From Hyaloraphidium curvatum SAG 235-1 (Eukaryota; Fungi; Monoblepharomycota): a stretch of 64,000 nt of DNA. This document shows positions 13,157-23,700 of this stretch, piece after piece. Under the pieces are notes generated by a model. The model did no database searches. It worked only from the letters and a program-made list of their open reading frames with translations, and had not been told where the DNA came from. The stretch lies in NCBI GenBank assembly GCA_025558095.1, contig JAIVFI010000001.1, positions 868,001 through 932,000 of the forward strand. Direction: 5' to 3'. Positions within the stretch are counted from its first letter, which is position 1; the number at the start of each line of letters is the position of its first letter. The translations under genes and the position numbers were made by a program.

Positions 13157-15822
13157 ATGAATCCTCCGAATCAGGGGCCGCCGGGCCCGCCGCCGGGCAC
13201 GAATCCTGCGCCGGCGGGCCCGCCCGCGCTGCCGTCGTTCCAGTCGATCGCGGCGTCGGCGAACCCGCCGCGTCCGCTGATGCAGCCGCCGTTCCAGGGC
13301 GGCCGGCCGCAAATGCCGCTCGGCCCGATGGGCGGCTTCCCGCAGTACGGCATGCCGCGGCCCGCGCCGATCGCCGCGAAGCCGCAGTTCGACTACGCGC
13401 GCCCGATGCCCGCCGGCCCGCCGCAACCGCAGTCCCCGGCGCCGCCCGCACGGCCCGCCTACATGCCGCCGCAGCAGCAGGCCGCGCAGCCAGCGCCCCG
13501 CATCATGCTGCCCGCCCCGCGGCCGCCGGGATACGCGCCGCCGTACGGCCAGGCCATGGCGCCGGACTACTACGGCCGGCCGCCCCCTTCGCAGCCCGCT
13601 CCGCACTGGGGACAGCCTCCGGCCCAGCAGCAGTACCAGCAGCCACCGCCCGCGGCGTCTGCTCCGACGCCGCAGGCTTCGCAGGCGCCTCCTCATTCAG
13701 CCGCCGCGTCGGCCCCCTCCGCTCCGGCCCCGCAGCCCGAGAATCCCCGCCCGCCCGAACCTGCGCAGGGCTATGCCCCTGCTTCGGACGTCCCGGTGAA
13801 GAAGGAGGCGCAGACCGCGCCGGAACAGTCGCCGGGCGGCTCCGTTGCTTCGCCCCACCCGGACTCGGACGAGGGCAAACCCAGGTCGAGGAAGCGGCCG
13901 CGGGAAGGCGAGACCGGCGGAAGCTTCCTGGGCGGGCGCTCAAAGGACGGCGACGGCAACGATGGAGGGAAGGGCGGCGAAGGGTCTCGCCGTCGCAAGG
14001 GTCTCCCGATTCCCGTCAAGAACGATCCGAAGCTGGAGAACGTTCCCGAAGGAGTGGCTGTCATCGATTTCGGTAGAGACATTGTGGCGAAGGCTGGGAT
14101 GACGTTCTTACGCGACCGCCACCGCAGGGACCCTTCTTTACGTTCCTCCCGCCCCGGATCTCTCCAACGCCGGCGATCTCCGCCTCAACACGATCCCACG
14201 TTTCATCTCTTCGCAATTGTACTCGGTGGTTCGCGTGGCTGTGCCTGCCGAGTTCCTGACCGTGCGTGGGCCTGCGGTGCGGAAAAAGTGCATTTGGGGG
14301 ACGGAAATCTACACGGATGATTCGGACCCGCTGGCCGGTGGGGCACGCTGTGCACGAAGCGCTGGTCGATCTGACCCACGTACCTCTGTAAAGCCGCGAT
14401 CCACGCAGGGTGGTACAGGCCCCCGGATGCCCCGCCGGTCACTGTCGCTCCCGCAGACCCAGAAAACGACGAGGGCAAGGCGTCGCAGGCTGCGGCGCCC
14501 GCTGATACCGCCGCGCGTGATAAAGAAGCGGGATCCGTGGCTGGACCCGACAAGGAGCTTGAAAACGAGGAAAGCAAGCTTGGCGTCGAAGCGGAATCCG
14601 GAGACAAGGCTGGCAGCGGCGAAGATAAGGACATGGCAGACGGCGATGCGGGGTCCAAAGCCCAGACCTCGTATTCTATGCCGGCGAAACCCGCCGATCA
14701 GGCCACCACGGCGCTTGAGCCGTCAGAGGAAACCCCTGGCGGCACGTGGAAGGCTCCGCCACCTCGCGTCCCGTTTTCCGGGGCGATCGACGAATCGACG
14801 AAGCTGCCGGACCACGATCTGCTCATCACGTTGCGCATCCTGCCCCAGCTGGTGCGCTACACCGGCTCCCTGCGTTGCGGCCTCGTTTCCCGCGGCTGGG
14901 GCGCGGGCCACGACGGGAACTCGATAAGGGTCATCGAATGCGAGAAGATAGCGTGCGGGGATGCGGTGAAGATGGCCAAGCACAGCATGCGCAAGGCTGC
15001 TCCCGTTTTGGGGGCAAGTCACGACGATTCGGACGGCTATTTGATGGTGATGGAACAGCGCGAAGCCTCTGGGGACCTGCAGACTTTGTGAGTCGCAGTC
15101 GGCCCTCGCCATTTGCATACCACTGACTCCTCGTTCAGCATCAACTATTCCCCGGCGACACTCAACTTTTGGCCCCCGTTCCTCCTGCGGATCATGTACC
15201 AGCAGGTCGACAACCAGAATCCCCCGTCACCCCCGGCGGACCCCTCACAGGCGGAGAGGTTGAAGAAGTGGGAGGCTGAGTGGAAGACGCTCGTGGGCGA
15301 TTGGGAGGGTGTGAGGCTGGCCGACATGTGGCAACGTGATTGGCGCTGTTGGCGCGTTCGGATTTGCGGCAAGAACCAAACGAGTCTTTTGGAGTCTGTT
15401 GCTTCTGCCGAACCTGGGATGGAAAAGCTGGAAGAGTGCGTGACCTTTCTTCCTCGAACGGTTCTCTTCGGCTAACTGGTGATTGCAGGCCCCGGACTGT
15501 CTATTATTCCTTGAGGCTAGTGAAGCCTGCCCCTAACGCAGTGACGTCCAACTCCGACCGCTACGTTTTGACCAACACCACTACCGGGGACGTTGTCGCA
15601 ACCAATCTCCGCCCGGACGAAGTTTTTTTTGACGAGGAGGGACTGGTGCTTCGGCGCAGGGCAGCAGGAGCGCCACTGCCTGACAATGGTCATCTTGATT
15701 CGTATACCACGGGTGATGATGCTCCGAACGGGGATGGCGCAGTTGGGAGGGCAAAGGCACCCGTGCTGGGACCTGTTGAGCTTCCCACGATGATACCTGT
15801 TGTGAGGGTTAGGTGGAGTTAG
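13157..15822 (+). CDS. RXT3: Rxt3-domain (Rpd3L histone deacetylase complex) protein with Pro/Gln-rich N-terminus
   Basis: [15 protein letters not shown]|AAIHAG and [40 protein letters not shown]; introns e.g. 14338-14393. The 3' exons are less certain. Confidence 0.8.
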
Positions 15823-16527
15823 GGAGGGCCCGCGTTGTTGGGTTGACAATGTGGATATTGATGAGCAGAACATTTACTGGATGCTGAGAAGCACGCAAAG
15901 CCCCAACCCATGTAGTGCACCACACACAATCTACACAACATGGCCACCTAATCTGTAGCAATTAAAATCACCCTCCAAGAGACCCCCAATCGCGCTCCGG
16001 AAAACTGTAGATTCTGAGCCTTTGCACTCTATGGCCCTTGCACATGACTAGGCCATCCCCCAAGGCCTGTCCTGACACCCCGGCATTCCCAATGATCTTG
16101 AGCTTGAAGTGGCTGGAAGACAACCACCCAACTGGAAGAAGTGGCTGGAAGACAAGCATCCAACTGGAAGAAATGCTGTAAAATGCCACAAAAAGTGAAG
16201 GATGCAAAAGGAGCAGAGGAACTGCAGTTTGAATTATTTCCTGATGGAAAATGCTTGCTTGCACATGGAAGTGAAGCATGATGCGCCCCACAGAGTGAAA
16301 ATCCCTGAGAAGACAGGCAAAGGAAAGCCAGACAAGCCGGCAGAAGTGAACATGTGCGAGACAGTCTGGGATGAAAGACAGATCAGCTGAACCACGAGCT
16401 TTAGGCTTGCCTCACAGAGCTGACCCACCCACAACACCTCAGAGGTGATGGGATGGACCACAATGCGACCATCAATGCAGAAAGTAGTGTACGACGTGGT
16501 GGTAAAATCATCTTTGACCGGGTGTGA

Positions 16528-16603
16528 CACAAGATTCTCCACAGTCTCCTTGGGCCATGAGAAAGTGTCCTTCTCCCACATCTCCCTCCCATCTTCGCCG
16601 CCA
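16528..16603 (-). mobile_element. Short internal fragment of the LINE family
   Basis: Reverse complement is nearly identical to ~24060-24134 (GGEDGREMWEKDTFSWPKETVENLV). Confidence 0.85.
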
Positions 16604-16675
16604 AGACCGGAACATGAAGCAGGCGATGTCTTGCAAACGGGCAAGAAAGCAGCGTGAGGGCAATAGGGAGAGGAG

Positions 16676-16851
16676 AGAGACAGGTGCAGATGAGGCAGGT
16701 GATGCTCCTGGTGTTTGTTGTGTTATTCTCCCCTGAGTGACCGCCTCCCTAGGTAATTGCTAGCCAGAAACCATCGTCCCATCCAAGTCCAGTTGCAATG
16801 CCAAGTTCAACTCCAACTCGTCCCGAGGTTCCAAACACATCCATGCATCCC
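16676..16851 (+). repeat. Left arm of a ~177-bp inverted repeat pair
   Basis: Aligns by eye (about 85% identity) to the reverse complement of 28383-28559. Confidence 0.9.
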
Positions 16852-17194
16852 TGTGAGGACTTGACTTAGGGTAGTTGGAGCACTAGCGGGCAGCCAAGAG
16901 GCCATGTGCAAAAACCCTTTATATCATCGATTCTCACTATAATTACCCTTCGCCACCTTCAGCCTTGCTTGGTCCTGCCACGCCCTCTGGCAGGGCCCTG
17001 CCAGGATCTGCCCCCGATCCTGACAATCCCCAGGAACATGAGCCGACGAAGTTCGTGCCTGAATAGTATCATGATTTTCTGGAGGTCTTGCATGCGTGGG
17101 ACTTGGAGAAGCTTCCCCCTCACCAGCCGGGAGTGGATTTGGGGATCAATTTGCAGACAGTTGATCTCTCTCAACTTGACAACAAGCTCTTCAG

Positions 17195-17335
17195 CTTTTG
17201 GCACCACTTTGTCCCTTGCTGCTTACACGTCAAACTTCGGATGAAAGCCGTAGTTTGCAAAGAATACGTCATTTTTGTTGATGCATGGACGGAATTGATG
17301 TAGGTAATTCCGCTAGAGGCAAGAGCTCTCCAGCT
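17195..17335 (-). mobile_element. Ty3/Gypsy integrase C-terminal half (frameshifted)
   Basis: Reads W..ELLPLAE / YINSVHASTKMT / FFANYGFHPKFD across frameshifts, the conserved post-catalytic integrase motif. Confidence 0.8.
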
Positions 17336-17603
17336 TAGAATAGTGTTGGTGACCCGGACCTGCCCCTGGCTTGGCCGCTGTTACACCATGAGTTTGCTGC
17401 TAATTGCAAAGTTCATCGTCGTCGTGTGTCTTTTTCATTTTCCCAGTTTTCCTGTCCTTCATGGACTTTGAGATGAAGCTGGCAATGGAGTTGAAGGCCT
17501 TCTCCTTCTGCCGCCTCGCTTTGATCGTGGGCTCGAACTCCTTGATGCTAAGAGCCCAGAGCCAGGTCTCCATGTTCCACTCGCGGCCTAGTGCTTCCAA
17601 TCT

Positions 17604-18838
17604 CGTGTAGTCAAATTCCAAACACCCCTGCCCACCCCGCTGCTCGCGCGCGCTCTTTGGGCCGCGAGCAGCGGAGCAGCAGTGTCTGGGGTCGTCGTGC
17701 TTTAGGGCTCCTGCCCTCTAGCGCGGCGCCGGCGCGGTGTGCGGGTTGGGCACCCGGGGACGCGCAGACGGGACCGGCTGCAAAACCGGTGCCCCAAGCG
17801 TGGCATTCGACGCCGCAAAAGCGCTTGAGGAACCCATTGGCCTCAAGAGGCTTGCGCTGGCCCTGCAGGGCGGCTAGGCTCTTCTCCGGGGGGCGCCGCG
17901 TCTGTTAGTGGGCAAACAACGCGTCGCGTGCTGAAGACGCGACCGCGGGCCTACGACAGCGTGTGCCTCACGTGTGCCGCTTGAAAAACGTGCCGTAGGA
18001 CCGCGTGGCTCTCTGGCTCTGGGCGCGGAAACATGACACTTAACGGCGGCGCACGTCAAACATGGGACGCGTTGCTCGCGTGGACGCACCCCGCCAAACA
18101 ACAAGCGACCAACCGCGTGCGCTTTCTGGTGCGAAAGGGCGCGAATGGAGCAGGCAGCTGCGCGGCGCATTGGCTCTAAACGCTGCTGACTGCCCGCCGG
18201 TGCGCCTCTTCAAGGAGGGGCCGCGGCGCAAACAACGACATATCCGTGGATTCCGGTCTCTGGACACGTAAGCGGCCAACACAGGGATGGAGGCAGGAGC
18301 CCTACGGCTTCTTTGCTCGCCTGCACGGCGACTCCAAAGCGCACGGGGATGGAGGCAGGAGTCCTACGGCTCTTTGCTCGCCTACACGGCGACTCCAAAA
18401 CACACGGGGATGGAGGCAGGAGTCCTACGGCTCTTTGCTCGCCTACACGGCGACTCCAAGACACACGGGGAATGGAGGCAGGAGCCCTACGGCTCTTTGC
18501 TCGCCTACACGGCGAATCCAGCACCTTTTGACCAGAACCAACACTGAACTTTTCAGGATCTAGATGAAGCTGCATGCCTGACATTGTACCCGCTGGATGA
18601 GAAGGTCCCAAAACCCAAACCGAAACCAAACTGCTCATTCTTTCTGGAAGGTTTTTCACCTTCGTGGGAAGGTTTTCCTGCCAGCAAACAACACCGGGAC
18701 TGGAGCATACTGTGGATTCAAGGGAAGGAGGAGGCAGATAGGTCGTCGACACAGCTAAACAAACCAATGGTGGTGTAATAGCGGCCAAGCCAGGGGCAGG
18801 TCCGGGTCACCAATACCATACCCATACCCATTTCCGTG
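17604..18838 (+). mobile_element. Putative non-autonomous SINE-like retroelement inserted in the LINE, flanked by 5-bp TSD AATCT
   Basis: AATCT occurs at 17599-17603 and 18839-18843, and removing the insert restores the LINE (compare 24431-24460). It ends in the LINE 3' motif (18771-18812) plus a (CCATA)-like tail and has no credible ORF. Confidence 0.6.
18280..18520 (+). repeat. Tandem repeat, 4 copies of ~61 bp
   Basis: Unit CACGGGGATGGAGGCAGGAGYCCTACGGCTCTTTGCTCGCCTACACGGCGACTCCAAAACA with few variants and no unique spacers. Confidence 0.95.
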
Positions 18839-21034
18839 AATCTAGTCTGCAGCTTCTGGCGCCGCTCCGCATTTGCTGAACAGTGAAACAGAAAGTGTTG
18901 TTCGTCTCCAATGTGCTCAGGGTCATGCTTGCACGTTCTCTGCTGCACCTCAAGTCCTTGGTGCCTGCCTGTCTCCACCTCCAGGTCGTGGGTAGAGCAC
19001 AGCAACTTTTGGACATTGACATCCCTCCGGTGCTTCTCCACCCGGATCAGGGATGGTCCGATGTGGCCAAAGGTCATGTCACACATCCTCCAAAAGTGCA
19101 GTTTGTCGTTGTCCTTGAGCCTCTGGGCATTGATCTCCCTGAACTTGCCCTTCACAAGATTCTCCACAGTCTCCTTGGGCCATGAGAAAGTGTCCTTCTC
19201 CCACATGTCTCGGAGTCCCGACAACTTTGGCGTTTCCATTCCTCCCGAAACCATGGCGATAGGCAATGGGCCGCGGGTGTCGTTACCCCGGTCGAACGGG
19301 GGATGCGCGCCACCGCTCGCAGGATCATCCGCCGGCATCCTCGCCCCCCCCACCACCCCACACGGCGGCAGCCGCTCCAAAAGAAGACGAGGTACGCACC
19401 GCGTCACAGTGGGAAGCGGCAGCGGTGAAGGTGGCAAGGGGCACGAGCAGAAGAACTAGGCAAACCCTGGCCAACATCGAAGAACCTTCCGGCACGACAC
19501 CGGGGCGCTCCGGAATCAGGCCTGTGTCGTGCTCCCGAATCACGCGTGCGGAAAGGACGGCAATTCCAGAACGGAAACAACGATCCCGGTCTCGCGTGTG
19601 GGGGAACGGGGGGGTGCAGAAATCCCTTTGCGGACGCCATGACGGTTTGGCTCTGCCCCCCACCCACTTGCCACACGCTTTTTCCCCAACCTTTTGACTC
19701 GATTTTGTACCAAAATCTATAGTCAAAAGGCATGAACGGGTTCCCATATTGGCCCACTGCCTTGACCTTTGTGTTGTAGAGCTTGAGCTGGAGGTCAGGA
19801 CTCATCCCAGGCTGCTCCCTGATGTCACGGAGCCAGAGCCCATAAGCATCGCAGCGTTCATCTTGGCCTCTCTGCCATGCACATGGTCCTTGCTCCGGCC
19901 GGTTGAGGTCAGCTGATACCCCAGAAGCTTGAAGCTGTCAACCCTCTTCAGCTCCTGGTCCCTGTACATGAGCTTTACACGGTGAGGTATCTTCCTGGCC
20001 ATCCACTCTGTCTTGCTGACGTTGATCTCCAGCCCATTGGCACTGGCATATGCAGACAGAAGATCCAGCTGCATCTTGGCATCCTTCACCGTCTTCGAGA
20101 TCAAAGTGGTGTCGTCTGCAAAGAACAGAGCTAGCAAGCTGACCATCCTCTCCTGATCCTCTTCCTCCTCAGACACCATGCCCAGATCCATCCCTTTTGC
20201 ACCATTGGCCTCCATGAAAGCAGTGATGTCGTTGATGAACAAGATGAAGAACAGCGACGAGAGAGGGTCCCCCTGACTCCGGTCAGGAACTTGATGAAGT
20301 CTGACTTGGTCCCGTCTTCATCCCGGAGCCGTCCCCACACGCGCCCGAACGCCATCTCGAACATGTCAACAACCTGTTTGGGTACTCCCATCTCCTCCAG
20401 CTTCTGCCATAACCTGGGGCGCTCCACCGTGTCAAAAGCCTTTGTGAAATCTACAAACACCATGATCAGCTTCTCCTTGCGTGCCTTGGCCAGGGAGAAG
20501 AGTGCCTCGGCAAGGAGTACTGCATGAAGGGTCGATCTCCGTGCACGGAATCCAAACTGCGAGCCTTCCAGCAGCTTGTTGCACTCAGCCCAGGGAGCTA
20601 GCCGAGCGTTCCAGACCAGGGAGAAGACCTTCTCCAGCGTCCTCTCTATGCTGATGCCCCGGTAGTTGCCAGCCACGTTCTTGGGCCCCTTCTTGTGCAG
20701 CATCACCAGCAGTGTCTGGCCCCGCCAATCTTGCATGTCGACGCCATTGAGCACAACAGCTTGCTTCAGCACAGTGGTCCCGTACTTGACGAACTCGAGC
20801 CTGATCCCATCCTTATCCGCTGCCCTGCCGTTAGGAGCCTTTGGGGTGCAGCAGGTTCCCAGGAGGCGTGATTGTGGCCTTGGGGAGCGGTGGGAACGTG
20901 AGCCTGGGGTCTTCCTCGATGTTGGTCACGTATTCGGCGCTGGCCACCATCTCCATGTGGCGTACCAGCTCCGCAAAGGGCACGGGGTTGCCCTTCCGCC
21001 TTGCATAAGTCTTCCCAAGCAGTTGGTAGTATTC

Positions 21035-22595
21035 GAGCTGCTGGCGCAGGAAGTGGAAGGTGTGGAGCACCTGCGTCCGGGATTCGTCGGCGTAGATTTC
21101 GACGGAGTCGCCGACGGAGTTGGCGGGCCAGAACGTGAGCACGGCCTGCGGTTGGAAACGGTTCTCGGCGATGATGCGCTCAAACAGCTTCTTCGCGTCG
21201 GCGAAGAGCTTGGTGGCCTCGGCGCTGACGACCTCGTCGGTGAGGATCTCGGGGTAGCGACCGTGGAGCTCCCACGCGCTGAAGAACGGGCCCCAGTCGA
21301 TGAACTCGCGGTCGAGCAACTCGCGCACGGACACGTCTCTGAAAATGCGCGTGCCCAAAAACTCGGGACGCGGGATGTCGACGGTGGTCCAGTCGGATTT
21401 GAATGCGCGGGCGCGGGCGTCGGCAAGCGGGAGCAGCGGGCGGGTGGAGCGACGGTTGGCGAAGTCGGCGCGGGATTTTTCCTGCTTTGCGCGGACGTCA
21501 GCGACGTAGGCGGGCTTGTTGTCCGTGCTGAGGAGCTGCGAGACGACGCCGATGACGCGCGAGGCGTCGAGCACGTGGATGACGGGCTCGGAGTAGTGTG
21601 GCGTGATCTTCACGGCGTTGTGCGCGGCGGAGGTGGTGGCGCCGCCGATGAGCAGAGGGATCTTGAAACCCTGGCGCTCCATCTCCTTCGCGACGTGGAC
21701 CATCTCGTCGAGGGACGGCGTGATCAGGCCGGAGAGGCCGATGACGTCGACGTTTCTCTCCTTGGCGGCGGCGAGGATTTTTTCGCACGGCACCATCACG
21801 CCGAGGTCGATGACCTCGTAGTTATTACAGGCGAGGACGACTCCGACGATGTTCTTGCCGATGTTGTGAACGTCGCCCTTGACGGTGGCCATGATGATCT
21901 TGCCCTGGGCCTTGGCGGTGCCGCCGGAGGCAATGAGGGCGGCTTTCTCGGCCTCCATGAAGGGCTGGAGGTAGGCGACGGCCTTCTTCATCACGCGGGC
22001 GGATTTCACGACCTGCGGAAGAAACATTTTGCCCGCGCCGAAGAGGTCGCCGACGACGCGCATGCCGTCCATGAGCGGGCCTTCGATGATGGCGAGCGGC
22101 TTGCCATATTTCTGGCGGGCTTCCTCGGTGTCGGTGTCGATCCAGGCGTCGATGCCTTTGACGAGGGCGTGCGAGAGGCGTTCCTCGACGGTGAGGCTTC
22201 GCCAAGCCTCAGCAGTTGAAGGTTGAGAGTTGAGAGTTGAGGGTTGGCCGGAGTGGGCGGCTTTGAGTTTTTCGCCGTGCTCGACGAGGCGCTCGGTGGC
22301 GTCGGGGCGGCGGTTGAGGAGGACGTCCTCGACGAGGACGAGCAGCTCCTTGTCCACCTCCTCGTAGACCTCGAGCATGGCGGGGTTGACGATGCCCATG
22401 TCCATGCCGGCGCGGATGGCGTGGTAGAGGAATGCGGCGTGCATGGCCTCGCGCACGGGGTTGTTGCCGCGGAAGCTGAAGGAGACGTTGGAGACGCCGC
22501 CGGAGACTTTGGCGTGCGGGAGGTTTTGTTTTATCCAGCACGTGGCCTCGATGAAATCGACGGCGTAGTTGTTGTGCTCCTCGATGCCGGTGCCG

Positions 22596-22636
<41 letters not shown>

Positions 22637-23143
22637 GAAGCCGACCTGGTCCACGAGGAGGCGGTAGGCGCGTTCGCAGATGCGGATTTTCTCGGCGTAG
22701 GAGGCGGCCTGGCCGTTTTCGTCGAAGGCCATGACGACGACGGCGGCGCCGTAGCGGAGGATGGTGCGGGGGCAGTCGACGAACGCCTCTTCGCCCTCCT
22801 TGAGCGAAATGGAGTTGACGATGCCCTTGCCCTGAAGGCATTTCAGGCCGGCCTCGATGACCTCCCACTTCGAGGAGTCCACCATGACGGGGACCTTGGC
22901 GATCTCGGGCTCGGAGGCGATGAGCTGGAGGAAGCGCGACATGGCAGCGACGCCGTCGATGAGGCCGTCGTCCATGCAGACGTCGATGACGTTGGAACCG
23001 TTGTCGACCTGCTGGCGGGCAACGGAGACGGCTTCCTCGTAGGCGCCCGCTTTGACGAGTTTGGCGAACTTGGGCGAGCCAGCGACGTTGGTGCGTTCGC
23101 CGACCATGAGGAAGCTGCCGAGCTGCTGGGTGAACGGCAGGCC
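21035..23143 (-). pseudogene. metH: Bacterial-type cobalamin-dependent methionine synthase fragment (pterin-binding, cap, B12-binding and start of reactivation domain), inserted in frame in the LINE ORF
   Basis: 703 codons, intronless, nearly all third positions G/C. Motifs [38 protein letters not shown](N)[28 protein letters not shown]. Lacks the homocysteine-binding domain and most of the AdoMet domain. Confidence 0.95.
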
Positions 23144-23700
23144 CTTAGGCTCTCGCCTGAAGAATGGTTCCAGCAGCTCAGAGTTCTTGTGCTCCGTGAT
23201 CTTCCGCATCTTCTTCTCCAGCTTCTTCCTCTCCTTCTCCAGCTCTCGCGCCTTCCCTTGGTACTCCTTCTTCCACTCCTCCTTCTCCATGAGGGATCGC
23301 AGCTCAAGAAGGCTTGACAGCTTGCGGTCGATCTTGGTCCTCTCCGCCGAATCCGCAAAGCCTTTCAGGAACTTATCAGCCTCCTCATGTACGCTGACCT
23401 CGTCGTACTTCCTCTTTGCCACCTTGTTCACCGCCGCCATGATCTGTATCAGCTGATTGCACTTGTCCGAGCCAGCTTCCATCTGCTCGTACTCCTGCAT
23501 AGACTCTTTCACCCACGCCTTGTCCCAGAGATTTTGCATGATCACGAGGAAGTAGAAGTCGCAGGGCACGTGTTTGCCACGTGACTTGTTCTCCTTTGCG
23601 GTTGGTCGCTTGACGTTGACCTCGATGGTCATGCTCAGCGCCATATGAGCTGAGGTGACGACCCGCCAACCCTCCTTCACAAAGGCGAGCTCGGTCATCA

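Larger units (their letters stand above)
16020..17195 (+). mobile_element. Degenerate Ty3/Gypsy pol remnants (protease C-terminus and pre-RT linker), interleaved with other fragments
   Basis: FPMILSLKWLEDNHP (~16085-16135) resembles the Gypsy protease tail PIILGxxWL..HNP. VPE*YHDFLEV...KLPPHQPGVDLGINL (~17050-17155) resembles the Gypsy pre-RT linker and contains a stop. A 32-bp tandem duplication lies at 16106-16169. Confidence 0.6.
17336..23700 (-). mobile_element. Long decayed non-LTR retrotransposon (LINE, RTE/RTE-X-like, tentative) in four pieces: 23700-23144, 21034-19722, 19206-18839, 17603-17336
   Basis: Endonuclease-end-like TSAHMAL plus helical tether; RT motifs HKKGPKNVAGNYRGISI, SQFGFR, FVDFTKAFDTV, FFADD; C-terminal LEVETGRH..C..IGDEQHFLFHC; CTATT-type tail. 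Frameshifts near 20835 and 20270 and a stop near 19802. Confidence 0.9.

Noticed and set aside
17790-17820. Pol III B-box / tRNA-derived SINE head
   Set aside because: ATTCGACGC only partly matches the B-box, with no A-box at a suitable distance and no cloverleaf.
18280-18520. CRISPR array
   Set aside because: The units are contiguous near-identical repeats with no unique spacers, there are no cas genes, and the context is eukaryotic.
18280-18520. Hammerhead or HDV-like ribozyme array (retrozyme)
   Set aside because: There is no CUGANGA/GAAA core on either strand, and I could not build the nested double pseudoknot of an HDV fold.
20666-23317. Long + strand ORFs (517 aa, 357 aa) opposite metH, and similar antisense ORFs opposite SEC31, SEC6 and RBBP5
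   Set aside because: These are shadow ORFs caused by high GC3 on the coding strand; they contain no recognisable motifs.
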